Shown: positions 7,882 to 17,376 of the stretch, piece after piece
Layout of the letters: each line of letters begins with the position of its first letter
Position numbering within the stretch: position 1 is the first letter of the stretch
Assembly: GCA_004768415.1 (NCBI GenBank)
Contig: SRMO01000050.1
Span: 5,784-50,582 of the forward strand
Direction of reading: 5' to 3'
Source: Aphanocapsa feldmannii 277cV
GTDB lineage: Bacteria > Cyanobacteriota > Cyanobacteriia > PCC-6307 > Cyanobiaceae
DNA length: 44,799 bases
Notes under the pieces: generated by a model
Database searches by the model: none
Told to the model about the DNA's origin: nothing
The model's input: only the letters and a program-made list of their open reading frames with translations
Program-made: the position numbers and the translations under genes

Positions 7882-8748
7882 TCAGCCCTCCAGGGCATGG
7901 CGCCCCTTCTCCAGCGCCGCCAGCTGTGCGGTGCCGAGGGTGGGATAAGCCAATTTCATCGCCTTCAGCTCCTCGATCAGAATCTTCACCACCACCAGCC
8001 GGCCAAACCATTTGCTGTTCATCGGCACGCAATACCAGGGCGCTGCCGTCGTAGCAGTCTTCCGCAGCATCAGCTCAAAGGCCTTCTGGTAGTTATCCCA
8101 GTGTTCCCGTTCCCCCAGGTCTGCCTCGGAGAATTTCCAGTTCTTCGAGCGTTCATTGAGTCGCTTGAGGAAGCGTTTGCGCTGCTCTTCCTTGGAGATA
8201 TTGAGGAAGAACTTCACCACACGGATGCCATTGTTGGCCAGGTGGCGCTCAAAGGCGTTGATGTCCACATAGCGTCGCTCCCAGAAGTCCTTCCCGACCA
8301 GATTGGGCGGCAGGTTCTGATAACGCACCAGGTCATGCACCTTTACCACCAGCACCTCTTCGTAATAGGAGCGATTGAAGATGCCGATGAAGCCCCGCGC
8401 TGGCACCCGCATGCCGTAGCGCCAGAGCCAATGGTGCCTGCTCTCCTTCGTTGATGGATGTTTGAAGCTGGTGACCTCAACACCCTGGGGATTGACACCA
8501 CTCATCACATGTTTGATGGTGCTGTCCTTGCCGGCGGCATCGGTGGCCTGGAACACCACCAGCAGGCCATGGCGGCCATCGGCGTAGAGCACATCCTGGA
8601 GTTCCTGCAGGTGTTTGACCCCCTGCTGCAAAAACACCTGGGCTGACCCCTTGTCCAGCAATTCCCCATTGAAGGACGGATCCTGCCGATCGAGGCGGAA
8701 GCTGCCATCCGTCGCCACCCGGTAGTAACGACTGTCGGTCCAGTCCAT
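7882..8748 (-). CDS. ppk2: polyphosphate kinase 2 family protein (polyphosphate:nucleotide phosphotransferase)
   Basis: PPK2 P-loop and lid region: LLVVFQATDAAGKDSTIKHVMSGVNPQGVEVTSFKHPSTKE...HWLWRY...RGFIGIFNRSYYEEVLVVKVH. ATG at 8748 (MDWTDSRYY). The track ORF starts at TTG 8763. Confidence 0.85.
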   Translation of the reverse strand: MDWTDSRYYRVATDGSFRLDRQDPSFNGELLDKGSAQVFLQQGVKHLQELQDVLYADGRHGLLVVFQATDAAGKDSTIKHVMSGVNPQGVEVTSFKHPSTKESRHHWLWRYGMRVPARGFIGIFNRSYYEEVLVVKVHDLVRYQNLPPNLVGKDFWERRYVDINAFERHLANNGIRVVKFFLNISKEEQRKRFLKRLNERSKNWKFSEADLGEREHWDNYQKAFELMLRKTATTAAPWYCVPMNSKWFGRLVVVKILIEELKAMKLAYPTLGTAQLAALEKGRHALEG

Positions 8749-8986
8749 GGATGCCGCGGGCAAAGGAGGTCTGCTGCCAACGGCTAGCTCTGCCAGAGCG
8801 GCAGGGCGCCGTTCCGACCGGTTCGCTTCCGGACCACCAGGGCCGGCCAGCCTGTCCGTTAGCGCGGGAGAACCGCAGAGAGCCTACTCGGCTGGTGGAG
8901 GTTTGCTGCCGGCCCGGCGAGACCACGGCGAACCCGCGGACCGGAGCGCCGGGCCCGGAGACCAGCTGTTGCACTGCCCGTCAGGA

Positions 8987-10135
8987 TCAACGCAGACCAG
9001 CAGCCCGGGTTGCGTCATGGTCCTCCTTCTGGGGCTCCACCGCTGGATCCAGCAGTACTTCAATGCTTTCCGCCGCGAGTCCCAGAACCCGCTCGGCCGC
9101 CTGGCGCTGACGTTGGGACCCCAGCAGGATCAGCTGGTCGCCGGGGGACAGCGTGGCCTGGCCGCCGGGATTGGCCTGCACCCCCTGGGCGGAGCGGATG
9201 GCCAGCACCAGCACACCGCTGCGGAAGCCCAGATTCAGATCGGCCAGGGTCTGACCGGGAAGCTTGTCGAACGCTGCCTGGCTGTGGCTCAGCTGGATGG
9301 ATTCAATCCGATACTCGGTGCCCGCCAGCAGTTCCATGAAACTGGCTGCTTCGGGGTGCAGTGCCTTGTTGGCAATGGTGCGTCCCCCAGCGACGTAGGG
9401 AGACACCACCTCGTCGGCCCCGGCCCGACGCAGCTTGCTGGCAGCCTCCTGGCTGTCGGTGCGGACAATCACCCTGACATGGGCGGCAATCGCCCTGGCA
9501 CTCAGTACCACATAGAGATTGTCGGCATTGCTGCCCAGCACAGCCACCAGGCTGCGGGCCCTCTCGATCCCTGCCTTGAGCAGAACCTCATCGAGGCTGG
9601 CGTCCCCACAGATACCGAACAAGCCATGGTCCGCCGCCAGGGCATTCCGTTTCGGATCACTGTCAACCACCACCAGCGGCACGTCCCCCTCGCCGATGCG
9701 GGCAGCGATCTCCTGGCCCATCCGTCCATAACCGCAGAGGATCACGTGGTCGCAGAACCGGTCGATCATGATCTGGTCACTGCGGCGACGCAGGCGACGG
9801 AAATAGCCGCTGTTGCTCAGCTGGATGAACCGCTGGATCAGCAGCTGCACCACGGCAATGCCCCCCAGCAGCAGCAGGGTGGTGACGATCCTGCCCCCCG
9901 GACCGAGGGGATGCACCTCCCCGTAGCCCACGGTGGTGAGCGTGACCAGCACCATCCAGAAGGCATCGCCCCAGCCATAGCGAGGTTCCGCCAGGCGGTA
10001 GCCGATGGCGGCAGCGACCACCAGCAGCAGCAACGCCGTGAGCGGATGCAGCCAGATCTGCGCCTCCTGCCCCTGGCGACGACGTGGGCCTCGATGCCTG
10101 GGGATGGACCCTCCGCAGCGGCGTGCCGGCAACAC
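8987..10135 (-). CDS. two-TM potassium channel with RCK (TrkA-N/TrkA-C) domains
   Basis: Selectivity filter TTVGYGE between two hydrophobic helices. RCK Rossmann fold HVILCGYGRMGQEIA and a C-terminal TrkA-C-like segment. The exact start is uncertain. Confidence 0.85.
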   Translation of the reverse strand: MLPARRCGGSIPRHRGPRRRQGQEAQIWLHPLTALLLLVVAAAIGYRLAEPRYGWGDAFWMVLVTLTTVGYGEVHPLGPGGRIVTTLLLLGGIAVVQLLIQRFIQLSNSGYFRRLRRRSDQIMIDRFCDHVILCGYGRMGQEIAARIGEGDVPLVVVDSDPKRNALAADHGLFGICGDASLDEVLLKAGIERARSLVAVLGSNADNLYVVLSARAIAAHVRVIVRTDSQEAASKLRRAGADEVVSPYVAGGRTIANKALHPEAASFMELLAGTEYRIESIQLSHSQAAFDKLPGQTLADLNLGFRSGVLVLAIRSAQGVQANPGGQATLSPGDQLILLGSQRQRQAAERVLGLAAESIEVLLDPAVEPQKEDHDATRAAGLR

Positions 10136-10240
10136 CAGTCAGTGCTGTTGTGCCGAGTGTGGAACGTCCGGAGCCCCTCGGCCACCGTGCTGGCATGGCC
10201 TCTCCCACTGGCCTGGATCCAGCCATGTGCGGCTGCCGGC

Positions 10241-13200
10241 TCATTGCGCTTCGCTGCCGGCCAGGCTGCCGTCCCGGGGAGACTGGGGCGGTGTGACCGC
10301 ACCATCGCCGGCCGGTGTCAGCGCCGCCGGGGGCCGCTGCAGCAAGCTGTCGATGGCCTCCTCCAGGCTCGGCTCCATGGCGATCCGCCGTCCATCACTG
10401 ACGACCACACGGATCAGGGTAGGCAGGCCACCGGCACTGGCCTTGAGATAGATGGGTTCCACGTAGAGCATGGCCTCCCCCAGCGGAACCAGCAGCAGAT
10501 TCCCCTGGATGACCTCCGAGCCGGCGCGATCCCAGAGGCTGAACTGCCTGGAGATCTCCGGCACCTGATTGATCAGGGCCTGTACCTGCTGGGGACCGTA
10601 GACATTGCTCTCCGTCGGATAGAGGTAGTTGACCAGCTCGCCATAGACGTCATCGTCGTTGCGGGCGGCCAGCCAGGCCACAAGATTCGGACGGTTGAGC
10701 GGGGTGAGCGGCTGCAACAGCAGAAATTCGGGCCCCGGTTCACCACTCAGGCGCATGTTCACGTAGTAGGGCTCCACGGCGATCTGTTCACCCCCGTAGG
10801 TCTCCGTGGGAAGCTCCCAGATCGCATCACCGCTGTAGAAGATGCGGGGGTCGGTGACGTGAAAGCGTTTGAGCTGCTCCACCACCACCCGGAACTGGCG
10901 CTGGGGGTAGCGGATGTGCTCGCGCAGGGGGGCGGGCATGGCTTCCAGCGGCGCGAACAGATCAGGAAACACCCGTCGCCAGGTGGCGAGAATCGGATCG
11001 GACTGGTCGCTGACATAGATGCGCAGGGCACCGTTGTAGGCATCCACCACTGCCTTCACGGGGTTGCGGAAATAGCTGATTTCAGGCTCCCCCGGCAGGG
11101 GGCTGCTGTAGGGATAGCTCGGACTCGACGTGAAGCCATCCACCAGCCAGAACTGGTGCTGTCGGCTGGAGAACACGGCGTCGTCCCGCAAGCGCACGTT
11201 GACCAGATAGGGATCACTCTCGAAGCGCAGGAACGGCGCCAGCGCCGTCAGCCGTTCGCGCACCTCCCGGCGCAGCAGCAGCTGGGTGTCGTCGGTGAGC
11301 GAACCCCGCACCAGCAGCTTGAGCTCCCGCAGGTAGAGGGCCGCTGCCAGCCTTGCCAGGGGCGTGTCGAGACGGATGCCCGCCCGGCCCCGGTAATGGG
11401 AATAGACGTTGTCGCTGCCTTCCGGGTAGTCGAATTCCTCGATGGCACTCGGTGCCAGGGCATAGGGGGAAGGACGCGAGCCGAAGTAGAGGCTCTGGTT
11501 GCCCAGGGGGAACACCCGCCGCACACTGGCATCGTCAATACCCAGGGCGGCATTGCCCCGGCGCGTCTCGACGCTGCCCAGATCACTGACGAAATACCAG
11601 GGCAACCGATCCGGCCCGAACGCATTCACTGGAGACACGGTGAAACCCTGGCCATGGGTGAACACCAGATGGCGGTTGAGCCAGCTCTGGTTGGCCTCGG
11701 GCAGGGCCGATTGCTCCAGTTCCCGTGCTGCGATGAACACCTGTTGACGCCCTCCGCCGGCGTCCTCCCGCAGGCGATAGCGGTCCACCATCGGTTCCGA
11801 GAAGCGGTAGTAGACCCGCAGCTGCTGCAGCTGCCCATTGGTGGCCAGCAGTGGCTTGTCATCCCACAGCCTCAGGTTGGCGAGGGTCTCGGCCCCGGCC
11901 TCCACATCGGCCCGCTTCAGGGCCTTCGGTGGCATGCGGTGAATGTCGAGGATCCGATCCAGCCCGAAGGCACGCCGTGTGGCGGCGATGCTCCGCTCCA
12001 GATAGGGCAGCTGCAGTTGCAGTTCCCTGGGCCGCAGCACCAGGGTGCGCAGCAGCGGGGGAGCAAACAGCTCCAACAGGATGGGCAGCAGCAGCACCGA
12101 ACCGCTGGCGCTGCTGAAGCTGCGGCGCCGTCCCTGGCGCCAGCCCTCCGGTATGGGAATCAGCAAAGCCAGGGCCATGGCCAGGATCATCAGGGCCGTG
12201 ATGCTGCGCAGGGGCAGGTTCAGATGCACCTCCAGCCAGCCGGCGCCATGGAAGACGCCGCGGCTGTTGAGCATCAGCTGGGTTCTGCTCAGCCACCAGC
12301 AGCCCGCCAGGATCAGCAGCACCGCGCCTGCCATCGGGCGCAGCAAGCGGCGCTGCCCCAGGGTCGGTCCGGGGTGGCGCAGCTCGTTGCGGGCCTTGCC
12401 GTCGGCGAGTACGGCCCACAGCCCGGAGGCCAGGGCGGCACAACCGAGCAGCAGCAGGATCTGCAACAGCCGCAGCTGGGCCGGGTACACCAACACGCTG
12501 TAACTCAGGTCTGCCCCCAGCAGGGGATCCTGCTGAGCGAACGGCACAGCGTGGCTTGCACGCAGCCACAGGGCCCAGCTGCGGCTCAGACTGATGGCGG
12601 CACCGATGCCCGTGGTGGCCAACACCAGCCGGCTGCCGAAGCGTGGCAGCAGCAGCATCAGCGTCAGCAGGGCGGCCAGCAGGACGAGTTGAAGGGGCGA
12701 AGGTGGCCAGTGACGCCAGAACAGACTGAGTCCCTCCAGCCGATCGACGCTGAGGGGTTGGTGCAACAGCATCCACGCCAGGGTCAGCATCTGCCGGAGG
12801 CTGCCCAGTGCCACCAGGGCCAGCAGAACCAGGGCGGACACATACATGCGGGGGGCGAGGGCCCACATGCGGGATGCCTCTCCGGCGGCCGGGTTCACGC
12901 CCGGCTGTTGCGGTCGCGAGCCGGTCCCGTCGGCCTCAGCCCTGGGGATCTCTGCTCTCGCCGTCTGCCTGGCCGGAGGCTCGGTCCCCTGTGGCAGGTG
13001 CCGCCGCCGGGACCGGGTGGCCGAAGCGCCCGATCCCGTCAGGCCGCGGCACAGCAGCAGATGCTGCCAATGGCAGAGCAGTGCTGACAGGGCCAGACCG
13101 CCCAGGAGGCTGAGCAACTGCACCTGCCAACGGCGCCAGAGCACTGCAGTGAGCCTGAACTGGGCAAACCATTGCCACTCCACCCAGGCCCGGGCCGCCA

Positions 13201-13312
13201 GGGGAAGCAGCACCAGGGCGAGGCCGAGGATCACCAGCCCCCACAGACACCATCTCCTTCTGGCGGTGGCAAGCAGGGGTGTCGAACCGTCCACGGCTGC
13301 GGCAGAGACCAT
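10241..13312 (-). CDS. UPF0182 family membrane protein
   Basis: 1023 aa, with a multi-TM N-terminal third and a large soluble region. Segments such as IAVEPYYVNMRL and LLLVPLGEAMLYVEPIYLKA match my memory of UPF0182/COG1615. Confidence 0.7.
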   Translation of the reverse strand: MVSAAAVDGSTPLLATARRRWCLWGLVILGLALVLLPLAARAWVEWQWFAQFRLTAVLWRRWQVQLLSLLGGLALSALLCHWQHLLLCRGLTGSGASATRSRRRHLPQGTEPPARQTARAEIPRAEADGTGSRPQQPGVNPAAGEASRMWALAPRMYVSALVLLALVALGSLRQMLTLAWMLLHQPLSVDRLEGLSLFWRHWPPSPLQLVLLAALLTLMLLLPRFGSRLVLATTGIGAAISLSRSWALWLRASHAVPFAQQDPLLGADLSYSVLVYPAQLRLLQILLLLGCAALASGLWAVLADGKARNELRHPGPTLGQRRLLRPMAGAVLLILAGCWWLSRTQLMLNSRGVFHGAGWLEVHLNLPLRSITALMILAMALALLIPIPEGWRQGRRRSFSSASGSVLLLPILLELFAPPLLRTLVLRPRELQLQLPYLERSIAATRRAFGLDRILDIHRMPPKALKRADVEAGAETLANLRLWDDKPLLATNGQLQQLRVYYRFSEPMVDRYRLREDAGGGRQQVFIAARELEQSALPEANQSWLNRHLVFTHGQGFTVSPVNAFGPDRLPWYFVSDLGSVETRRGNAALGIDDASVRRVFPLGNQSLYFGSRPSPYALAPSAIEEFDYPEGSDNVYSHYRGRAGIRLDTPLARLAAALYLRELKLLVRGSLTDDTQLLLRREVRERLTALAPFLRFESDPYLVNVRLRDDAVFSSRQHQFWLVDGFTSSPSYPYSSPLPGEPEISYFRNPVKAVVDAYNGALRIYVSDQSDPILATWRRVFPDLFAPLEAMPAPLREHIRYPQRQFRVVVEQLKRFHVTDPRIFYSGDAIWELPTETYGGEQIAVEPYYVNMRLSGEPGPEFLLLQPLTPLNRPNLVAWLAARNDDDVYGELVNYLYPTESNVYGPQQVQALINQVPEISRQFSLWDRAGSEVIQGNLLLVPLGEAMLYVEPIYLKASAGGLPTLIRVVVSDGRRIAMEPSLEEAIDSLLQRPPAALTPAGDGAVTPPQSPRDGSLAGSEAQ

Positions 13313-13432
13313 GGCCGGAGCGTAAGGATGCTGCTGGGGAGGGCAACGGCTGAACAGCAGGCTGGACGGTGGAGAACGCAGGAGCCGTCCGTTCGCCGCT
13401 GTTAGCTTTGATGCCGACCCGATCCACAGGCC

Positions 13433-14737
13433 GTGACCGCGACCATCGCGTCAAGTGTCCTCGACACCGGCGCCACTTTCACCGGCCTGCGCTGCCGCGA
13501 GTGCGGCCAAGGCTACCCACCGGGTGCAAAGCACGTCTGTGAGGACGTCTGCTTCGGGCCGCTCGAGGTGTCCTACGACTACGACGAGATCCGCCGTCGG
13601 GTCAGCCGCCGCCAGATTGAAGCAGGGCCTGCCTCGATCTGGCGCTATCGCGACTTTCTGCCGGTGGTCGGGGACCCGGTTGACGTCGGCACCGGCTTCA
13701 CACCCCTGCTGAAGGCCGATCGTCTGGCCCGCTATCTTGGCCTCGAAGCGCTCTATATCAAGAACGACGGCGTCAACATGCCCACCCTGTCCTTCAAGGA
13801 CCGGGTGGTGTCGGTGGCCCTCACCCGCGCCCGTGAGCTGGGGTTCAGCACGGTCAGCTGCGCCTCCACCGGCAACCTGGCCAACTCCACCGCGGCCATC
13901 GCCGCCCATGCGGGCCTCAAGTGTTGCGTGTTCATTCCCTCCGATCTGGAAGCCGGCAAGGTGCTGGGCACGCTGGTCTACAAGCCCACGCTGATGGCGG
14001 TGCGGGGCAACTATGACCAGGTCAACCGGCTCTGCTCCGAAGTGGCCAACACCCATGGCTGGGGCTTCGTGAACATCAATCTGCGCCCTTACTACGCCGA
14101 GGGATCCAAGACCCTCGGCTATGAGGTCATCGAGCAGCTCGGCTGGCAGCTGCCTGATCACATCGTCGCCCCCCTGGCCTCCGGATCCCTCTTCACCAAG
14201 ATCCGCAAGGGCTTCAACGAGTTCATCAAGACCGGCCTGGTGGAGGAGAGGCCGGTGCGCTTCAGTGGCGCCCAGGCCGAGGGCTGCTCCCCCATCGCCC
14301 AGGCTTTCGAGGCGGGCCGCGACTTCATCTCACCGGTGAAGCCGGACACCATTGCCAAGTCGATCGCCATCGGCAACCCCGCCGACGGCCCCTATGCCCT
14401 CGACATCGCCCGCGAAACCGGTGGCACCATCACCGCCGTCAATGACCAGGAGATCGTCGAAGGGATCCAGTTGCTGGCGGAACATGAAGGTGTCTTCACA
14501 GAGACCGCCGGTGGCACAACCATTGCCGTGCTCAGGAAACTGGTCATGGCCGGCAGGATCGAGCCATCGGAGCGCACTGTTGCCTACATCACGGGCAATG
14601 GCCTCAAGACCACCGAAGCCGTCACCGGCGTGGTGGGCGAGCCCCATCTGATCGATGCTCAGCTGGCAAGCTTCGACACTGCCTGGGAGCAGGTTCAGAT
14701 GCTGCAGCACGCATCCTTGAACGGTGGCGCCGGCTGA
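13433..14737 (+). CDS. thrC: threonine synthase (ThrC family, PLP-dependent) with N-terminal Cys-rich ribbon
   Basis: PLP-lysine motif PTLSFKDRVVS, the glycine-rich loop, and an N-terminal CRECG...HVCEDVCFGPLEV segment. GTG start at 13433. Confidence 0.85.
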   Translation: MTATIASSVLDTGATFTGLRCRECGQGYPPGAKHVCEDVCFGPLEVSYDYDEIRRRVSRRQIEAGPASIWRYRDFLPVVGDPVDVGTGFTPLLKADRLARYLGLEALYIKNDGVNMPTLSFKDRVVSVALTRARELGFSTVSCASTGNLANSTAAIAAHAGLKCCVFIPSDLEAGKVLGTLVYKPTLMAVRGNYDQVNRLCSEVANTHGWGFVNINLRPYYAEGSKTLGYEVIEQLGWQLPDHIVAPLASGSLFTKIRKGFNEFIKTGLVEERPVRFSGAQAEGCSPIAQAFEAGRDFISPVKPDTIAKSIAIGNPADGPYALDIARETGGTITAVNDQEIVEGIQLLAEHEGVFTETAGGTTIAVLRKLVMAGRIEPSERTVAYITGNGLKTTEAVTGVVGEPHLIDAQLASFDTAWEQVQMLQHASLNGGAG

Positions 14738-14804
14738 TCGCACCCCACGTTTGCGCTGAGATCTGCTGATCTCGCTCCCCTTGCACCCTCCATCCTCGAC
14801 CTCC

Positions 14805-15080
14805 GTGGCTGTTCAGGTTCTGATTCCAACTCCCTTGCAGAAATTCACCGCCAACGAGGCCTGCGTGGCCCTCGAAGCAGGTGATGTCAACGCCCTGATC
14901 GAGGGCCTCGAGGGCAGATTTCCCGGGCTCAAGGCCCGCCTCTGTGACGACACCGGAAAGCTGCGCCGTTTTCTCAACATTTATGTGAACAGCGAAGACA
15001 TCCGTTTCCTGGATAACCAGACCACTGCCCTCAGGGACGGTGACGAGGTCTCCATTGTTCCCGCTGTTGCCGGCGGTTGA
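14805..15080 (+). CDS. MoaD/ThiS-family sulfur-carrier-like protein (C-terminal Gly-Gly)
   Basis: 91 aa from GTG 14805 (the track ORF opens at TTG 14781). Ubiquitin-like length and a terminal ...[14 protein letters not shown] followed by the stop codon. Confidence 0.7.
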   Translation: MAVQVLIPTPLQKFTANEACVALEAGDVNALIEGLEGRFPGLKARLCDDTGKLRRFLNIYVNSEDIRFLDNQTTALRDGDEVSIVPAVAGG

Positions 15081-15178
15081 TCTGGGCAGGCTCAGGCCTC
15101 GGTCTTTCGGGCAACCCCCTGCTGCCGGCTGTGCCCCGCGGCCATTGGTCGCAGTCTCGGCCCGCGGCGCTGCCGGAC

Positions 15179-17092
15179 TCAGACCGGGGCGGTCGCTGCC
15201 ACAGCTTTGCTGTCACCACTGTTTGCCTGATCGAAGGCTGCCACCACAGCCCGGAAGCGGGCACCTTCAATGGTTTCCGCCTCGATCAGTTCGTCGGTCA
15301 GGGCATCCAGAAGCGGTCGCCTTGCTGCAAGCAGGTCGCAGGCCTGTGCCAGGGACTGCTTGGCCAGGGACTGCACCTGGGCATCGATGGCCTGACAGGT
15401 GCGTTCCGAGTAGGCGGGCCGTTGCAACAGCAGGTCCCTGCCAAGGAACACCTCACCACCGTCCCGCTCCAGGGCCAGGGGGCCCAGCTCGGACAGGCCG
15501 TAACGGGCCACCATTTCCCTTGCGATGCCGGTCACCATCCGGATGTCGCTGCTGGCGCCCTGGGTGATCTCCTGCGGGCCGAACACCACCAGCTCTGCAG
15601 CACGACCGCCCATGGCCACCACCATGCGGTCCCGCAACCAGGCCCGGGTCACCAGGCCCGAATCGAGCACCTCCTCATTGGGGGTCATGCGGGCAAAGCC
15701 ACCGACACCGCCTGAGCGGGGCAGCAGCGTCACTTTGTCGAGTTCATCGGCATGCTCCAGCAGCGTGGTGAGCAGGGCATGGCCCACCTCGTGGTAGCCA
15801 ATCAGCCGTTTCTTGGCGCTGTCCTGCAGCGGAGCGGCCCTCAGCCCCATCGTCACCCGCTCCAGGGCGTCATCGAGGTGGCTGTCATCGATGGCGCTGT
15901 CCTGGCGCCGGGCCGTGAGGATTGCCGCCTCGTTCAGCAGGTTGGCCAGGTCAGCGCCGGAGAAACCCGGCGTGCGCTTGGCCCACTGGGCCAGGGACAC
16001 CTCAGGGCTGATGGGGCGGCTGCGGGCATGCACGCTCAGGATTGCTTCGCGGCCACGGCGATCGGGCAGTTCAACGGCAATCTGCCGGTCGAAGCGACCC
16101 GGTCGCAGCAGGGCCAGATCCAGCACATCGGCCCTGTTGGTGGCTGCCAGCAGGATCACCCCTGCGTTCTCATCGAAGCCATCCATCTCGGTGAGCAGCT
16201 GGTTGAGGGTCTGTTCCCGCTCATCGTTGCCGCCACCGATGCCGGCACCGCGCTGGCGCCCCACCGCATCGATTTCGTCGATGAAGACGATGCAGGGGGC
16301 CTTGGCCTTGGCCTTCCTGAACAGATCGCGCACGCGGCTGGCTCCCACGCCCACGAACATTTCGACGAATTCCGAAGCCGACATGGAGAAGAACGGCACC
16401 CCCGCCTCCCCGGCAATGGCCTTTGCCAGGAGGGTCTTGCCGGTGCCGGGGGGCCCCACCAGCAGCACACCCTTGGGGATCCTGGCGCCCACGGCCGTGA
16501 ACCGCTCCGGTTCCTTCAGGAAGGTCACCACCTCCTGCAGCGCTTCCTTGGCTTCGTTGATGCCCGCCACATCCTCGAGGCGAACGGTCACTTCTCCCTG
16601 GTCCCTGAGGCGGGGCTGGCTGCGGCCGAACCCCATGGCCCTGTTGGCCACCCTGGCGGAGCGCCGCAGCACGAAGGACAGCCCGAACAGGATCAGCAGC
16701 ACCATCAACAGGTTGCCGAGCAGGCCTGTCGCCGCCGTCCGCTGAGAGCTGTCCACCACGTCGTAGGGGACATCGGCAGCTTCGGCGGCCTGCAGCAGGC
16801 TCTGATTCTCCTCGAAGACCGCGAAGATCTGGCGACTGCCGTCCTCAAAGGTGGCCTGCACCCGCTTGCTGCCCGGGCTCCACTGCAGCTCCCTGACTCT
16901 GCCTTCCCCGACGGCCCTGACCAGGCCGCTGTAGCTCAGGGATGCATCGTGCCGGGACTGAACCTGGGCAGTGAGCAGGGGTTGACCGTGCTGCCCGGCA
17001 GGCCTCCCATGGCCGTCCCGCGGCTGCAGCAGCACCGCAACCTCAGAGCTCCTGACCAGGTCTGACTGACCCGCCTCAGCTGGCTCAACCAC
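15179..17092 (-). CDS. ftsH: ATP-dependent zinc metalloprotease FtsH
   Basis: Walker [14 protein letters not shown], Walker [11 protein letters not shown], second region of homology [20 protein letters not shown], zinc site HEVGHAL. Only one TM helix is visible ([19 protein letters not shown]). Confidence 0.93.
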   Translation of the reverse strand: MVEPAEAGQSDLVRSSEVAVLLQPRDGHGRPAGQHGQPLLTAQVQSRHDASLSYSGLVRAVGEGRVRELQWSPGSKRVQATFEDGSRQIFAVFEENQSLLQAAEAADVPYDVVDSSQRTAATGLLGNLLMVLLILFGLSFVLRRSARVANRAMGFGRSQPRLRDQGEVTVRLEDVAGINEAKEALQEVVTFLKEPERFTAVGARIPKGVLLVGPPGTGKTLLAKAIAGEAGVPFFSMSASEFVEMFVGVGASRVRDLFRKAKAKAPCIVFIDEIDAVGRQRGAGIGGGNDEREQTLNQLLTEMDGFDENAGVILLAATNRADVLDLALLRPGRFDRQIAVELPDRRGREAILSVHARSRPISPEVSLAQWAKRTPGFSGADLANLLNEAAILTARRQDSAIDDSHLDDALERVTMGLRAAPLQDSAKKRLIGYHEVGHALLTTLLEHADELDKVTLLPRSGGVGGFARMTPNEEVLDSGLVTRAWLRDRMVVAMGGRAAELVVFGPQEITQGASSDIRMVTGIAREMVARYGLSELGPLALERDGGEVFLGRDLLLQRPAYSERTCQAIDAQVQSLAKQSLAQACDLLAARRPLLDALTDELIEAETIEGARFRAVVAAFDQANSGDSKAVAATAPV

Positions 17093-17189
17093 CTGGCCCG
17101 CCTCACCGACGATCGGACTCTAGCCAGCCCGGGTTTGACGCAGGGCAGCACGACAGCTGAGAATCGACCACTGGCGGTTGCCCTGCTCC

Positions 17190-17372
17190 ATGGCGGTTCC
17201 CAAGAAAAAGACATCCAATCAGAAGCGGAACCAGCGCCGTGCGCACTGGAACCGCAAGGCCAGATTCGCTGCAGAGCGCGCCATGTCCCTGGGCAAGGCC
17301 GTGCTGAGTGGCCGTGCCCAGGGCTTCATCTACCCCGTTGGCGATGCCGAGGGCGAAGGGGAGGAAAGCTGA
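17190..17372 (+). CDS. rpmF: 50S ribosomal protein L32
   Basis: [20 protein letters not shown] is the L32 signature. ATG at 17190 lies inside track ORF 17178..17372. Confidence 0.9.
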   Translation: MAVPKKKTSNQKRNQRRAHWNRKARFAAERAMSLGKAVLSGRAQGFIYPVGDAEGEGEES

Positions 17373-17376
17373 CCCC

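Noticed and set aside
8747-13087. A very long 1446-aa plus-strand ORF spanning the potassium channel and UPF0182 loci.
   Set aside because: It runs antisense to two genes with clear family signatures. Its translation is low-complexity and rich in Gly, Pro, Ala, Arg and Gln. Long open antisense frames are expected by chance in DNA of about 65% GC.
15752-17065. 437-aa and 310-aa plus-strand ORFs overlapping ftsH.
   Set aside because: They are antisense shadows of a gene with unambiguous Walker, SRH and HExxH motifs. Their translations have no motifs and a biased composition.
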